64,000 nt of DNA, taken from Octopus sinensis. Lineage: Eukaryota. The notes below the pieces were generated by a model. It searched no databases. It saw only the letters and a list, made by a program, of their open reading frames with translations, and was not told where the DNA came from. Each line of letters begins with the position of its first letter. Position 1 is the first letter of the stretch. Of the stretch, positions 1 through 13,170 are shown piece by piece. Location: positions 39,618,001 to 39,682,000 of the forward strand of contig NC_043009.1 of assembly GCF_006345805.1 (NCBI RefSeq), written 5' to 3'. The translations under genes and the position numbers were made by a program.

Positions 1-140
1 AAAGTGATGGTTCAAAGAAGTTGGTTAAAATTGATGGTAACTTGAATAGTGTCAAATACATCTAGCTGCTGAAGGACAATTTGATGCCAAGCTTGGGATG
101 AAGGGGAGAATTTTCAGCATGACGGTGCTCCATGCCTCAG
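1..140 (+). mobile_element. Tc1-like transposase fragment (second copy, cut by window edge)
   Basis: Reads SDGSKKLVKIDGNLNSVKYI*LLKDNLMPSL, then frameshifts to FQHDGAPC, the second-aspartate region of Tc1 DDE transposases. Confidence 0.7.
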
Positions 141-237
141 AGTCTGGCTAATATGTTTTCAGCGGTGTAGAATTTACAATGTAATTATTCTTTTTCATTC
201 CAGGTGCCATTATATCAAACATTTGGGAAGAGTAACC

Positions 238-1204
238 ATGCCACGCACAAAAAATTCAGTAGAGCTATCAGATTTTCAATAAGGTCGTATTGTTGGACAA
301 TCTGAGGCGAAAAGTTGCCGAAAATCTTCAAATTCCTGTTGCTACTGTTAAGAGAATTATAGTGCAATTCAAAAGCCAGGGAAAAGAATCAACAAATTCT
401 CGTCCCGGCCGACCTGGATCCTCGGAAAGGAAGCTTTGCTGTCTGAAGAGAATTGTGGAACACGAACCCCGTTCGAAGGCATCTGACATTGCAAAGCAGC
501 TAGAAGTTAGTCACAGGATTTGTGGTACATATCTGCAAAATCTTGGGTATTAAGGACGAGCAGCTAGAAGAAAGCCTCTCCTTCAACGAATTGATATGAA
601 AATAAAGGAATGGGCTAAGGAGATGTCAGAAAAATCCAGTTCATTTTGGGATAGAATAATTTTCTCAGATGAATCCAGTGGATGTGTTTGGGTCTGGAGG
701 CTTCCCAATCAAGAATTTGATTTGAAACGACTGCAACCAACTGTGAAAGATGGCGGTATCTCTGTAATGGTATGGGGAGCTGTCACTAGCAATGGTCGTT
801 CTGAGCTAATTGAATGTGTTGGAACCATAAACTCTGAAAGATACATCGAAATACTTAAGCAAGGACTACTTCGATGTATTCACATGATAACATATCGAAA
901 AATGAGTTTTTATTCATGCCACTCAGCGAAACGGAATAAAAAATGGTTGAATGAAAATAGGATCAAAAAGCTTCCTTGGCCGAGCCAATCTCCTGACATG
1001 AGCCCAATTGAAAATCTTTGGAGCATACTAGATAGAGCTATACGAAAAACTCTCTAGAAACCTAAATCTAAAGATGAATTGTTTCCATTGTTGCTTGAAA
1101 AGTGGGCAGAAATTCTACAAGAGACAATCACAAAGTTCATCAGTTTAATGCCAAAAAGAGATTCTGAATTAAAAATTGCAAAGGGAATGTCAAATAAATA
1201 TTGA
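238..1204 (+). mobile_element. Tc1-family (DD34E) transposase pseudogene
   Basis: Mosaic translation: MPRTKNSVELSDFQ*GRIVG..., RPGRP, *GRAARRKPLL, IIFSDES, PTVKDGGISVMVWGAV, WPSQSPDMSPIENLW, ...AKGMSNKY*. It has stops and frameshifts, and the QDGAP motif is missing. Confidence 0.93.
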
Positions 1205-1344
1205 AGTATGTAGTCCTAACTATCGATTACATTTCAATTGTTCGCTTTGCGTATTAGATAAAAGATTTTGAAAATTAAAGATGTCTATTTATTTCCTGCA
1301 TGTCTGTGTATATAAATATATAATGAGAGAAAAGAAGGAAGGAA

Positions 1345-1394
<50 letters not shown>

Positions 1395-2715
1395 TATGTT
1401 GTAATATATTTCTCTATAGTTGTGATTCTCACAATACATAAGTCATAAAGAAGTGTATTATACTGTCTCAACCAAACTTCGAATGTAGACAGTGATTGGA
1501 GCATCTACGTTAAATTAGTATTGAAAATTCTGGAAAATGTAATTTCTATTCTGAAACTGTGAGGAAGAAAACGTTTCTTTGAATGGTTAACGTATTCCAT
1601 AGGTAGAAGACATTTCCTGATTTATATTTGTCGCTTCTATTTCTTACTTTCAAATTATAGTAATTTTTCATTTAACCGTTAATATTGTTTCGTATTTATT
1701 TTTCTCTTTTTTCTTTCTTATTTCTCACATAAAATTTCTTCACACATGAATATCTCGACTATGTTTAAAAATATATAGTTTTATCAAATTATTTCAAAAT
1801 GAATTTGCTTTATTCGAAATTCCTTATTAAATTCTTTAAATTTCATTTTCCTCAAAGATATTTTTTTTTATTTTTTTTATTTCTCATCCTGTCTTCGTAC
1901 TTTTTTTTTTTTCATGAATGGTCTCCTACTTTTAAAAGTTTTAAGACAAATTGTTTATTCAATATTTTTGGCTTCACTCTTTATTGCTTATAAATTTACT
2001 TATTCGCTGGCGTTTTATATAATAAAACTTAAATTTCAATTTATATAGATGTTTACATTCTTCATGTTTATTTTTCTATTTTATTTTCCAGATCGAGTAG
2101 GTCTGAATACATATTTAGACACGTACTGATGTCAATAGCAAAAATATCAATGCGATTTACCAACAGATTCTTTAAACAATCATTGCTAAAACATTAAAAA
2201 CCTGCAAAGATTTTCGTCCAGAATATTTCCCCAATATTACAAGAAAATATGTACGTAATTCAATTTTAGTTATCATGTAAGTTAAATAAGTTAAAGTAAA
2301 TTGATTTTGACTGTGAATATTTATAGTGAAGAAAACGCTCAGCCTAACTATGATTTCCAAAAACATACTGTTTGGCAATCTGTCACATTAGCATAACGTA
2401 TTTCAAATCTGAGACAACTACATTTACTGAAAAGTATTTTGTCTGTAAAATTGTAAAATTTAATATTTACAACGTCAATGTGATGCACTAATACTTTAAT
2501 AACAGTTGCTTGTTTCTAATTTTATGTGCTTTTCCTATATGAATAGCTGCACAACAATATGACTATTTGTTAAGATCATCGATTTTAAGAAATGTATTTG
2601 ACATATCCAGGGAACCTAATCACTATAGGAATTAAAAGTATATGATATAAAATTCTTGATATTTCTCTCCAATTTTAGCACAAGGCTAGCAATTTTGAGG
2701 GAAAGACGTAAGTTG

Positions 2716-2862
2716 ATTGCATTAATCTCAACGCTTTTATCAACCCAGTAATTAAAAATGTCAAAGTCAACTTCAGTGCAATTTGAAATCAGAACGTACT
2801 GAGTCTGAAAAAATAGACTGAAACATTTTTCCGGCATGCTAAGGATCTGGTAGGTTGCCGGA
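2716..2862 (-). mobile_element. Degenerate tRNA-derived SINE (family A)
   Basis: Diverged match to the better copies at 31321 and 19300-19542 (aaagtcaacttcagtgcaatttgaaatcagaacg). Confidence 0.55.
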
Positions 2863-3199
2863 CTCTAAATTTGTAGCACTCTCTCCCTTTAAACTGTTAC
2901 ATCTTAGAATAAATCTATGCTTTAACGTGACTATTTAGGCGCCCAAATCATTTAGTGAAACACTGCTGCATTTTAGCAAGCAATTCTTGCTAACTAGGGA
3001 AGGCTGGTTATATTTTAGATACGTAACGTTCACTAAATGAAACGTTATCTAACTCATTTATTCATTACATCAGTTATTAAAACCCTCAAGGATTGAACAA
3101 AACAATATCTCAATGGAAGCATACAAAATATTTTTATATCTAACTCATTAATTATAACACTATTTGTGCTCTAGGCTTTGCTGCAGAAACGAACAACAT

Positions 3200-3441
3200 C
3201 AAACTGCAACATATATGTGTACACAGAAAAACACGTAGGTGCATACATACATACATTCTTATATGCATACATACATATATAATTCATACATACATATATA
3301 CATACATACATATATATGTACATACATAGATGCACGCACTTAAACGCATTTACATGCATGTACACGCACGAAAACAACTTACATGCATATAGATATATAC
3401 ATACATATACTTTATACGTATATATGTGTATATATATACGT

Positions 3442-3518
<77 letters not shown>

Positions 3519-3595
3519 CATTTTGAATACAAACACACAAGTATAAATATGTGCATATCTAAGTGTGTTTATATGTATATACATATATATGTTTA

Positions 3596-3640
<45 letters not shown>

Positions 3641-4352
3641 GAACACAAAACTACTTATATGTGTGTAAGCATTTATGAATACATGTATATATGTATTTAA
3701 GTATAAGAGATAGTTCTATTTTGAAACCTGTTATTGAAAATGTAGCTGTGCCAAGGTTTGACTTAAATCTTTTCGTATTTCCTATTGAAGTATATTTTTC
3801 TTTTGGAACAATACGTTTCATAAGAAACCACGAAAAACTTAAAAGGATAAATGGTAAACCCAGAATAAAATTGTTAAACCTGGGGCAAAGTCGTTATTTC
3901 TTATAACGCACCCAAACACACACTGAAGTGTTTTTACATGCGTATGTTTATGAGCATGTACAAAAATGTGTTGTTGTGGGATTTTGTATTATAAATCTTC
4001 TTAATTAAAAGTACTATGTAGTTTCTTCTCTTAACTGCATTAACGTCCCCGTGTGCATTTTCAAATCTATCCAATAGTTATGCTGTTAGACTGATTTCAG
4101 GATATGCGTATTTTCTGTGATGAGCGTATGTGCGCGATATTTGAAGCCTGTTTTCAAATGCGAACACTTTATCAATAACATACATTCTGGTATCGAGAGA
4201 AACAGAATGATAGAGAAAGGGAGGAATGAAAGAAAAGGATAGACAATGACAAAGACCATTTTGTGTCAGTAAAAATCTTTATATATATATGTGCGTGTGT
4301 ATGTGTGTGTATATATATATGTGCGTATACTTATATATGGATATATAAATAC

Positions 4353-4401
<49 letters not shown>

Positions 4402-4580
4402 CGTGTGTATGTGTGTATATATATAATATCTATATATATATAATATATATAGGTATGTATATAGATACTTATATGTATACACATACACACATGTATATAT
4501 ATTATATATATATATATAAATATATATATATATATTATATATATATATAAATATATATATATTATATATATATATACATA
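3200..4580. repeat. Two compound (TA)n/(CA)n/(TACA)n microsatellite blocks (about 3200-3690 and 4280-4580)
   Basis: Directly visible; they produce the YIYI/HTHT ORFs. Confidence 0.95.
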
Positions 4581-6819
4581 CAATAATTGCACTTCTATCT
4601 TTCACTTCCATAGATTATTCTAGTCACAATTATATTAGGATACACATTATTTTCTTGGAAATACTGCAACATCAATGGCAAAAATAAACCATATGAAACT
4701 TTAATAAATTCAGTAACGCCAATAACCAGCTAGTCGAAACCATGATTGATGAACGTTGAAGTTTTAAAGTTATGAGGAAGTTGGTATAATTTCCTGTAAA
4801 ATGTTTTAACAGAATATCTTATTTTGTCGGTAATATTTCGTCAGTGCTTTCCATTATTTAGTATAGTTTTGGTTGCTGTCCTACATTTCTGAGTAATGTA
4901 AGTAACAAAAGTGTTGTAAACTATTTATTTTATTCTAAACTGATTGTCTTCTATTTTACAGAAAATAGTCTTTGAAATACTATCATAAACGTCAGTATGT
5001 ATTTTGAACCACTAAAATTTTAGTTGACATCGTACAACACATTCAATATTAGGTTCCTTTATATATCTTGATTGATTTCGCGTAGGCAGGCTATATTAAC
5101 TATATTTCTATAATATTAAATCAATATACGGCTATTTCAGCTATTTTTACTATAATCCAAATACCTTTCCTGTTCTAACACCAAAAAGGTCTAGTCAATT
5201 AGACGTGCAGTCAACATAGATCTGATTCGCATTCATTTTGTAATTCTATCCATATTGATTGATATAAGTGGAGGTTATTTAGTGGAAAGTGTATCGACTA
5301 TCGTCACTAAGAATTATGTTTGTTACAAGTAAATTGGATGTAAAGCACTTCTCTTTTTGGTCAATGATACTTTGAATCTTCGAAGAAACTTTGATTTCCA
5401 TAAGACTTACGACTTTTAATTAGTTTTATATGAACTAGATTTAGATTTAATGATATTTGCCCTCCTTCAAGAACTTTAGCAACCATTCTTATAAGATTTC
5501 CTTCAAAATATATCTTCATCTTTTCGAGAGTTTTGATCTCCTCTTTATTTTTAGATTAATGATTCGCAGATGTAAAAGATAATCTTATTTTTCTCTAAAG
5601 TCCATTTTAAGAAATATAATAGCTATGTTAACAATACTTAAAGTTTTGTAGAAAGTAAGAAAGTATGATAATTTGTACTAAGAACCATAACGAACAAATT
5701 TATATTTTCATTACCCGTTCTAAGTTGCGGCTGGCATATGGAAAATGGTTTTAAATCTATGACTTCTTTCCTCATTTAGTTTTCTTCTTCTGGCTATGAA
5801 TAACTCAGTCATATGAGAACATTTTATTTGTGTATTGATTCCGCACCATTTTGTCGACCTAATGTATCGCTATAAGCATTTAAAGCATGAAAAAAAATGT
5901 TGTAAATGACTTCATGATTATTCTTTTCCGACTGGCTATTTTGAAATGTTATATTATTTTTGAATGTGGTGAAATGAAATATGTAAGAATAGCGTTTTAA
6001 AATTGCTCATGAAGTTATTTTGGCCTTCATTTATTGTCAGAGATATTTTCAAATTCTCTGATTTATGTTCTCTACGTTTTACATAAAGTTTTCAAATGTC
6101 AAAATATTTCATGTTGCTTCTGACAAGTATCGTTGGCACATTAGGAACGTGTATACATTGTGCAATGTTTCACATTGAATACATCGTCATTAAAATAGTT
6201 GATGAATTAATCTTTGTTAGAAGTGAATAAATATTTCTTGTTGAATTGAATAAATACCGTCCAGAATGTAGTGTAGTCTGGAGTCATATGTTTATTCCGA
6301 AATACTTTTCTTTTTCACTTCTGAAGCTATACAAGTAACTCTAACTATTAATGCCTGTGACTTTTCGACAGCTATTCATGAACCTACAGCGTACAAAGCT
6401 TTTAAATGTTAATGTATGATTTCATAGGCTCACCCTTAACCTAAATCAACGGCAACATCATCAGTTATTCAGTTTGCATGCATTGTTCTATAAAATATTT
6501 TTGAAGTGTCTGTGATAGATGGAGATTAGGTCAACGTTGCTTACTTTACCAACAGAAGTTGTTTAGTCATATAAGATTTCGTTTCCAATTCTTACAAAAT
6601 AACTCAGTATTAAGCACATCATCGCCTAGAGACTAGCCATGAATATTTTTTTTCACTTCAGGACTTAAACTGGAAAACTGTTGAATAATAAATGAATTAT
6701 AATATTGTAAAACAAATATATAAATAACTAAATAAATAGATTCATAAATAAATAAATGGATTATAATATTGCAAAATAATAAATAAATATAACTAATAAT
6801 AATAATAACAATAACAATA

Positions 6820-6845
6820 GTGGTAGTAGTAGTAGTTGTAGTAGC

Positions 6846-6897
<52 letters not shown>

Positions 6898-6935
6898 TTA
6901 CTACTACTAATAACATCATCAACAACAACAACAAC

Positions 6936-7029
<94 letters not shown>

Positions 7030-7035
7030 CAATAA
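6820..7035. repeat. Compound trinucleotide array (AGT)n-(AAC)n-(AAT)n
   Basis: Directly visible. Confidence 0.97.
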
Positions 7036-8499
7036 TAGTAAATTTTTACCAATTTGATATCTTTATTGTAATTTCTATTGAAAATTGGAATAAACAGTTG
7101 CGCCTGCCTAAGAAAACCCATTTGTTTTCTCAGCTTAATTTATTTTAGAAAAAACATGATTGTCACAACTTTTCATTCCTTCTTTCTTAACAATTTACAG
7201 TTCACAGTTTTTTTGAAACGACAGTGAGAAATGAAAGACTTCTGTTTAAAAGCACGATCAGCGAAAAATGAAAAGTTCATATAGCGTCTCTCGAACAAAT
7301 GTTTGTAATATTGATAACTGATTCATCATGTCAGCAATAGTCATATAACGAATTTGTTTATTAGTTTGTTCAAATAAGAACAGTTTTCTGAACCTAGCTG
7401 TGTCAATGTAGCTGATGTTTAATTTCAAATACTTTAGTTGATCTTGATAACGAAAACAATTTCTTTAATAATGAAGGGGCAGGGGGTTATATTGGTTACA
7501 AATTGCTAGCATAGAATATTATCGCAGTCAACATCTATAAACACTATCACTACTATTTCTACTACATTTCTTACCCAGAGATTTTCATTATCTCCTTCTC
7601 CTACACATTCTAATAATATAACTACGAAATAGACACCTCTAAAAGCACAGACATGTTTCCGTCGTCGTACAATGAAATACATATATATTTTCCTACCTCG
7701 GCTCCGTGTTACGATGCAGGCTGACGGTCATTAACAGCGTTTTTTATGGCATTATTATTTCTAACATCAAAAGTAAGTAACCCCTGCTTCGAAAACTTCT
7801 CGAGAACACTCTATCAGTCATCATCCACGGCCCCTTCTCACGACACAAAATAGCGAATTCTGAATGAGAAAAGAAGTGACCACTGTACTTGAATGTTATT
7901 TTATGTATCGATCTCAGAATAATAAGAGTACACCACACTGATATTTAAAATCAGAACACAGAAATACAGAACAAATACTGCATAGAATTCAAGCCAAAAT
8001 ACTGCCAATTCGCCGTTTTAAACGTATACTATAGTTTAAATTTGTGGCGTAACAAACACGAAAATTTCATATTGTGCAAATGACTTATTTATTTTAATGA
8101 ATAAACAATGTTCTCCAAAGTCGTGTATCTATGTAAGCATTATTATGAAAAAAGTAATCAGTAAACCACCCTTATAATTTCAGTTACATTCTTAAACAAA
8201 CAAGGCTTTTTTTTCGGTAGCCGTTACTTCCAAGAGTATATAATCTGGCAGCATCTACCATTTTAAGTACCTATATAGTTTAACGGTTTCAAGTTTCTAT
8301 GCAGTCGCGAGCTGATATAGACACCCAACGGCCTCTGACCCTTTATCTAGTGGAACATCAAGAACGCTAGAGATAAAAAACAATGTATGAGATTACCGTT
8401 ATATGGCCATGTGTCAATTTTATATTGAGCAAATCTATAGGAAAACTATTTCCCCCATAACCACCTCACACGTTAAGGGCATCTGGTTATACCTTATGC

Positions 8500-8990
8500 A
8501 AAGTATCGCTGTTTGTTTAAAAAGATGCAGTGTGATTTAAAAGAAATTTAGATTTGATTTCTTACAAACCGATGATTACGAAGAGGTCCCCATCTTCGCA
8601 AAGAGGAAACATTGAAGAAACCCCACCAATCGTTCCATTCTTTTTAAGAAGAAACATAATGCTGATGGTTCACTGCAAATACCTTTGATGAAGCTGATCT
8701 ACGATCAGATGCTTTACACTAATGGCCATCCTCTCTTGTGAGAGGAGGTAGGAATATATTAACAGGTGTGTTCATTCGTTATTTAAAATCGTAGAAGGGA
8801 GGTTAACCATGTACAGTTTTGCTTATTGACACGTCATTAGCTGGTGATAATTCATGTACTGTTCGAGCAGGTCTATGAGCATAGGCTTTGCAGCGCTGGC
8901 TATCGTATCCTTTTGTGAACACATACGAATATATTATCGAAAATATCCTTTCCCCATATGAAATGGCATTGTGGGATGCAAGGCTGGTTT
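8500..8990. mobile_element. Degenerate interspersed repeat, probably related to 21330-21530
   Basis: Segments such as gatgcagtgtgatttaaaagaaatttagat and caggtctatgagcataggctttgcagc resemble a recurrent octopus repeat from memory; class uncertain. Confidence 0.4.
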
Positions 8991-9554
8991 AGCTTTATTT
9001 CAGAAGAGTGGTTAATCCCGTACAGGTTCACTCACTGGCACGTAGGCGCATCTCTTATTGGCTCGCGACATGTCCCGTATTATTTTTCCTGAATCGTGCT
9101 AACGTTCACATTTATAATTTCAAAACCGACGATATTTTTACTCATTCATAGTCATATAAACCGGATACAGGCACAATACTTATCAATCAAGCTTACTAAA
9201 ATACGTTGTGATAAATGTCTGAGTTTATTTATGCACATTATTTAGTACGAATAGCTCTGTTCATACAACATAATATTCTGTAGCAGACTTCTACGTGACA
9301 CAATACTGTTTGACTTTGGAACATAATATTTGCACATCACAACAAATCATACCGGTTCTCAATTGACAAAGGACAAACAAGCACTTATAAAGAACTAAAA
9401 TGCTGCAGTATTAATAGCCATGATACATTACCGATAGATCTAAATGTAACTAGAAGTGATATATGTATATATGCAAATAGGTAGATAAATAGACAGACAG
9501 AAAGACATACAGATAGATATAGATGTACAGACATATGAAAGTATACCAACGTAC

Positions 9555-9595
<41 letters not shown>

Positions 9596-9884
9596 CGCAT
9601 CTATAGTTTACGTCATGAGACTTTCTATTCCAAGGATTTTTAAACCAAGTATTTACACGCCAATATTTATGGCTTTATCTACTTCGAGTCAAACATTAAC
9701 AACGAATGATTTTATACACACACACACGTATACATACACACACACACATACATATATATATGTATGTATATGTATATATATGTATATATACATATGTATG
9801 TATATATATACCTACATACATACATGTATATATCTAAAGAAAGTTTTTTATATATATACACACACACATATTTTTTATTACTAA

Positions 9885-10713
9885 CTGCGTCGTTTCCTTC
9901 TAGTCAAATTGATAGCTGACTGTTCAAGGAAAATTTCAAAAGAAACTAGTAGCATTTTCTCTCGAAAATAGACAAACCTTGGCATTGTGGTATTATCAAG
10001 TAAATGCAGAATGAGAGCTTAGCCCACCAAGGATATTCATGCTGACATGGTTACTACATTAAGGGGTGACATTCCCGATTTATCAACAATACAAAAGTAG
10101 GCAGCAGAATTCAGGAGAGAAAAGAGAGTCTTGAACACGACCAAAGTTCTCGACGTCCTGCGACTGCCACCACCGAGGAAAACGTTGATCGTATCTTCAC
10201 AGTGGGATGTGTCAAAAGCAGTCAACTATAAATCAAATAGTCAATGCTATTATCATTTTTCATGAGCGTGTTGAGAATATTCTACACTATGGACTTGGAT
10301 TCTGCTCGGTGGGTACCACGTCTTCTGACACCTGATGAAAAGTACACCAGGCTGATCAAGTCACGGGAACATCTGATACTCTTTGAGGCAGATCCTGCCG
10401 GTTTCTTTGAACGCCTCCTAACCAATGATAAGTTTTGGCTTCATCATTTTGAACCAGAGATAATGACAGAATCCATGTTGTGGAAATACTCCAAAGAAGT
10501 CCAAGGTCGTATCATCTACAGTGAAGTTGATGGGCTCTCTTTTTGAGAAGACAAACGGCATTGTGTTTACTGACTATTTTTTCAAAATGGTCACACTATA
10601 AATGAAGTACACGCTGCCAATTTGCTGAGGCAGTTACAAAAGGTTATCAAGATCAAATGTCCAGGGCTCTCGTCAGCTTGCTCAGCTGATGAACGTTATA
10701 GCCGACCCTCATA
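9885..10713 (+). mobile_element. mariner (DD34D) remnant with internal deletion
   Basis: KDIHADMVTTL, WAAEFRR, SARWVPRLLTPDEK, FERLLTNDKFWLHHFEPE and LLRQLQKVIKIK. The C-terminal third is absent, and a 3' TIR-like end (gaacgttatagccgaccctcata) follows. Confidence 0.9.
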
Positions 10714-11957
10714 GATTGATAGATGAATAGGTAAATGAATACACATACAGATGTATGTATGTGCGTGCAACTATATATACATACATACATACATACATAC
10801 ATACATACATACATACATACATACATACATACATACATAAATGCATGCATATATACATTCACATCTGCAAACACTCGCATTCACAGGCGTATACGTGAGA
10901 AAATGAACACGTACGCTTTGCTTTCATCATTTCTTCATTCCTTTTCACTTTAGAAATTTCTATTACTTTTATTAAACTAAACATTAAAATACATCTTTTT
11001 CAAAGGAAATTTTTCAACCAATTCAGTATATCAGTTTCCTTATTCTCTTTCATGTTGGAGGAACTTGTATCTTTGAATCTTGTAAGGAATCCGAAACCCT
11101 GGAAATGACGCTTTTTAAACACCTTTGTAGATTTTTGTTTAATATAATTTCGTATTCAGATGTCTGAAGCTTCAAGTCACCAGTGTGCAATTTAAAGAAA
11201 TTGGTTATGTAGTGTACTTTTTTGTGTGTGTTTACCATTTCATACTCATCATTCTCGAAACATAGAATTTAATGAAATTGAAACAGATGGACACATTAGT
11301 ATAATTTGACCTAAAATTTCCAAGAAGGTAAGGAGATGCTGTCTTTACTTCAGCTTAAAAGCTACTAATGTATCATGAAGAAAGGGATGTTGCAGATTTT
11401 GCTTGTCACTGTTTTATGAGGTCAGTTTTAATTTATGGACTAGTTTATCAAATCTGTGTATATCTAAGGCGAAAAGAACAAGGAGTAGTGCCTACAAGGA
11501 AGGGGGATGAGGGAGTCGACAGATATCATAGTACTCAAAAGTATTCAAAGAAATTTTATCCTTTTGTTATAATATGATTCTTAATAATATTCTTGACAAC
11601 CCTAAATTTTAACTTTATACAATATGGGAATATTGTTTGAAAATGGTCTTTTAAAATTACTTGATTTATCCCTTTTCTTAAAGTGATCTACCCTCCTGAT
11701 CTTAGTATTTATAAGGGCCTTTACATACGTAGCCCTTCTAATTAAGTACCCATAGGAAACTATATATATCATGTATGGAGTAACAATAATAACTTCTAAA
11801 ACCTATAATATACCTCATTAGTCTTAAAATTAGTATATAATTAGAATGTCCTATAACATCAATATTCCTTTAGCTAATACCAGGTATCAGTCTTTATTGA
11901 TAATAGCTAAATAAGTGTATAAATAATTATTAGTTTAGTATGCTTAAATTATTTTAC

Positions 11958-12003
11958 CCGGAACCATGTGGTTGCTAAGTTGGCTTCTTACCACACAGCC
12001 ACT

Positions 12004-12006
<3 letters not shown>
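11958..12006 (-). mobile_element. Head fragment of CORE-like SINE (family B) abutting (TA)n
   Basis: Reverse complement reads ggagtggctgtgtggtaagaagccaacttagcaaccacatggttccggg, matching the 49803 copy. Confidence 0.8.
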
Positions 12007-12052
<46 letters not shown>

Positions 12053-12459
12053 TGTTGATTATCAGCATGTTATAGATCGCTTGTATATTCGGTGACTGGT
12101 GAGCCGAGGACTGCAAACTGTATTTTATAATCTTATGTTCATAGACGACTGTACCATGTTTACGTCTCAATAGACACTTTTACTGAAACAACCGTCGCAG
12201 TACCAGATAACCCATTCGTCTGTTTTTGTTATACTTTTTACACCACACTTAATGTTCCGTTCTTCTTTGGATACTAATGGAGTTGCAGATTACCAAACAA
12301 TATCGAACTTAACTTCATCGATGCATTACGGTCTACTATATTGGATTACGTACTTAACTGTCTGAATTGCGTCATTATGACTAGCCATTAATTGTGGTGC
12401 GTTGCATTTTAATATGAATAGATCCTTAATGGATCCACTCTAATCAAATCTTTCTATCT

Positions 12460-12553
12460 GCCCCTATGTATGCTTGTGTGTGTGTGTGTCTCTCTCTCTC
12501 TGCTTCTCTCACCCACTCTCTCTTTTTATCTCTTTCTCTGTATGCATACGTAC

Positions 12554-12595
<42 letters not shown>

Positions 12596-12955
12596 TTATA
12601 TACATATATACGCATACACACACATGCACACACATATATATGCATGTATGTATATAAAGTTAATCGAAACATCAAAGCACAAGAAAAAACACGACAACGC
12701 AAGGACGTGGAACAAATATAGTATTATTGGACGCTCAGGAAAGAAGGGAAGAAGGGGGGTTTAACGTTTCGAGCGGAGCTCTTCGTCGGAAACATAGGAG
12801 AAGGAAAGGTCCAGAGAAGAGAAGACAGAGGGAAAAAAATCGCCAACGGTACACACGCGGTCACATTTTGAATGTATATATATATATATGTATGTATGTA
12901 TGTATCTATATATATACATATATGCATATATGTATATATGTATATGTATATATGT

Positions 12956-13010
<55 letters not shown>

Positions 13011-13068
13011 ATATATATAATTATCATTTGTGGGTTTTTTCTAATATTATATGTATATATATATATAT

Positions 13069-13160
<92 letters not shown>

Positions 13161-13170
13161 GCATATATGT
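12460..13170. repeat. (GT)n/(CT)n/(TA)n microsatellite blocks
   Basis: Directly visible. Confidence 0.93.

Noticed and set aside
6087-6221. Signal-peptide-like ORF MSKYFMLLLTSIVGTLGTCIHCA..., and similar hydrophobic stretches at 30161 and 53905
   Set aside because: F/I/L/Y-rich short frames are expected by chance in AT-rich DNA, and no downstream exon supports them.
11560-11957. Possible NUMT (AT-rich, mitochondrial-looking)
   Set aside because: No recognisable mitochondrial protein or rRNA motif in the frames I read.
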